DNA of 6,418 nucleotides, taken from contig JAQGDQ010002531.1 of the NCBI GenBank assembly GCA_030141605.1, forward strand, positions 1 through 6,418. Reading direction: 5' to 3'. Source of the DNA: Tubiluchus corallicola (Eukaryota > Animalia > Priapulida). Below, piece after piece: positions 4,960 to 6,418 of the stretch. How positions within the stretch are numbered: the first letter of the stretch is position 1; each line of letters begins with the position of its first letter. The position numbers and the translations under genes are program-made. The notes beneath the pieces are model-generated. The model ran no database searches. It saw nothing but the letters and a program-made list of their open reading frames with translations, and had not been told where the DNA came from.

Positions 4960-6003
4960 CTAAGAATTCTTTTTCAATTCCTCTACCTTTTTTTCTAATT
5001 CCAAGATTTTATTATTCAACACAGGCAACTTCCTGTAAAGCAAATACAATCTTCTATAATCATTTATAGATATGGCCGGAGACCCCAGCATTGTTTGCCC
5101 TTCTTCCTTTACCCGAGAAGCTATCCCCGACTGAGCACCTATTTTTGTTCTATTAGCAATATTCACATGACCCGCAATACCCACTTGTCCACCAAACATA
5201 CAATTACTACCTATCTTAGTTGAACCAGCAATACCCACCTGAGCAGCAAATACTGTGTTCTCACCTATCTCTACATTGTGAGCCACCTGTATAAGATTAT
5301 CCAATTTAGCCCCCTTTTTAATAATGGTAGAACCCATAGTAGCCCTATCCACTGTTGTATTAGCACCCAACTCCACATTGTCTTCTATCACTACATTACC
5401 TATTTGAGGTATTTTTTTATAAACACCCGTTTCTTCATCAGGGGCAAATCCAAAACCATCGGCACCAACTACAGCACCCGAATGCAAAATACAGTTTTCA
5501 CCTACTTTACAATTTTCATAAATACTTACTCCAGAATAAAGTATTGTGTCTTTTCCCACTTGCACATTATCACCCACATAGGTATGCGGATATATTCGAA
5601 CACCCTTGCCTATCTTTGCTCCTTTACCCACATAGGAAAAAGCCCCTATATACACCTCCTCCCCTATATCTGCCATAGGATCTATAAACGAGAGCTCCTC
5701 CACTCCTACTTTTTTCTCTTTCGCCCCCTCATACAAATCAAGCAACGAAGCAAATGATTTATAGGCATCTTTCACTCTTATTAAAGTAGTTTTTACCTCC
5801 TTCTCTAAATGAAAATCATCATTGATCAACACAATAGAAGACTGTGTTTCATACAGATAAGAGCTATACTTAATGTTAGAAAGAAAAGAAAGAGTATTCG
5901 GTTTACCTTCCTCTATTTTTGACACACTATTTACTTTTACATCCTTGTCTCCTTCTATCTTCCCTCCTAAAAAATCCGCAATTTGCTCGGCTGAAAATTC
6001 CAT
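4960..6003 (-). CDS. lpxD: UDP-3-O-(3-hydroxyacyl)glucosamine N-acyltransferase
   Basis: N-terminal MEFSAEQIA...LSFLSN.KY, hexapeptide left-handed beta-helix repeats, [55 protein letters not shown] and a C-terminal helical tail. Confidence 0.97.
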   Translation of the reverse strand: MEFSAEQIADFLGGKIEGDKDVKVNSVSKIEEGKPNTLSFLSNIKYSSYLYETQSSIVLINDDFHLEKEVKTTLIRVKDAYKSFASLLDLYEGAKEKKVGVEELSFIDPMADIGEEVYIGAFSYVGKGAKIGKGVRIYPHTYVGDNVQVGKDTILYSGVSIYENCKVGENCILHSGAVVGADGFGFAPDEETGVYKKIPQIGNVVIEDNVELGANTTVDRATMGSTIIKKGAKLDNLIQVAHNVEIGENTVFAAQVGIAGSTKIGSNCMFGGQVGIAGHVNIANRTKIGAQSGIASRVKEEGQTMLGSPAISINDYRRLYLLYRKLPVLNNKILELEKKVEELKKNS

Positions 6004-6023
6004 AAAATCTTATTTTTATAAGG

Positions 6024-6053
6024 CAAAGGTAATTTTTTTATAAGAAAAAACAA
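6024..6053 (-). promoter_or_regulatory. Promoter for lpxD: -7 box TACCTTTG (6031-6024) with TTG (6053-6051) 19 nt upstream
   Basis: Exact TAnnTTTG and a correctly spaced -33 TTG, 20 nt before the lpxD ATG. Confidence 0.7.
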
Positions 6054-6103
6054 TCCATCAATTTCAAGAAACGACTAACACCTTAATATAACAGTAAAAG
6101 CAC

Positions 6104-6133
6104 TTGAATTAATTTAAATTCTACTTATCTTCA
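6104..6133 (+). promoter_or_regulatory. Possible divergent promoter (TTG-19 nt-TATCTTCA) for the lipoprotein gene
   Basis: TTG at 6104-6106 and a degenerate -7 box at 6126-6133 with canonical spacing; two mismatches to TAnnTTTG. Confidence 0.3.
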
Positions 6134-6315
6134 CATCATAACTAAGATAATGTACTATCAATAGGTAGAAAATAATATACAATGTTATTGTCATTCCTGA
6201 TATTTTGCTATCGCAGATATAATGTATTGTCTACCACCAATTCTTAATACATTACCTTATTATTTTTTGTGTAGTGATTAATTTGGAAGTTAAGATTAAT
6301 GTTATTTAAAGAGTT

Positions 6316-6418
6316 ATGAAACATATTTTTTTCTTATTTGCAGTTGTTCTTTTATTATTTTCATCCTGTGATAATAATAGTAAATCAGGGGAAACTCCTT
6401 CTCCTCCCTCATCGGCAG
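6316..6418 (+). CDS. Lipoprotein of unknown function, N-terminus only (runs off the window)
   Basis: MKHIFFLFAVVLLLFSSC-DNNSKSGETPSPPSSA: basic N-terminus, hydrophobic core, lipobox FSSC (Cys18) and a Pro/Ser-rich linker. Confidence 0.85.
   Translation, partial: MKHIFFLFAVVLLLFSSCDNNSKSGETPSPPSSA

Noticed and set aside
5278-5757. 159-aa plus-strand ORF
   Set aside because: Lies wholly antisense within lpxD and has no recognisable protein features.

Overview
AT-rich Bacteroidetes-type chromosomal window (TAnnTTTG -7 promoter boxes, no strong Shine-Dalgarno sequences, DUF4295/bL38 gene). Left: the 3' part of lysA (+), then tRNA-Ala(GGC) (+). About 1.7 kb downstream of the tRNA (~1072-2790) looks like the decayed remnant of an integrated element. 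It holds one intact FxLYD-domain membrane protein gene (-) with a ~200-nt highly structured leader, a candidate ~68-nt small RNA just after that gene, a broken phage/plasmid-type replication gene next to 11-bp tandem repeats, and a broken rhuM-family gene. No integrase is visible. Right: a minus-strand housekeeping run, lpxD - rpmB - rpmG - DUF4295/bL38 (absent from the ORF track) - terminator - ftsY - DUF1801-like gene, and the start of a divergent lipoprotein gene at the right edge. The best candidate for something undescribed is the promoter + structured leader + FxLYD gene + sRNA cassette, bounded by imperfect inverted repeats. All family assignments come from motif recognition by eye; no searches were run.
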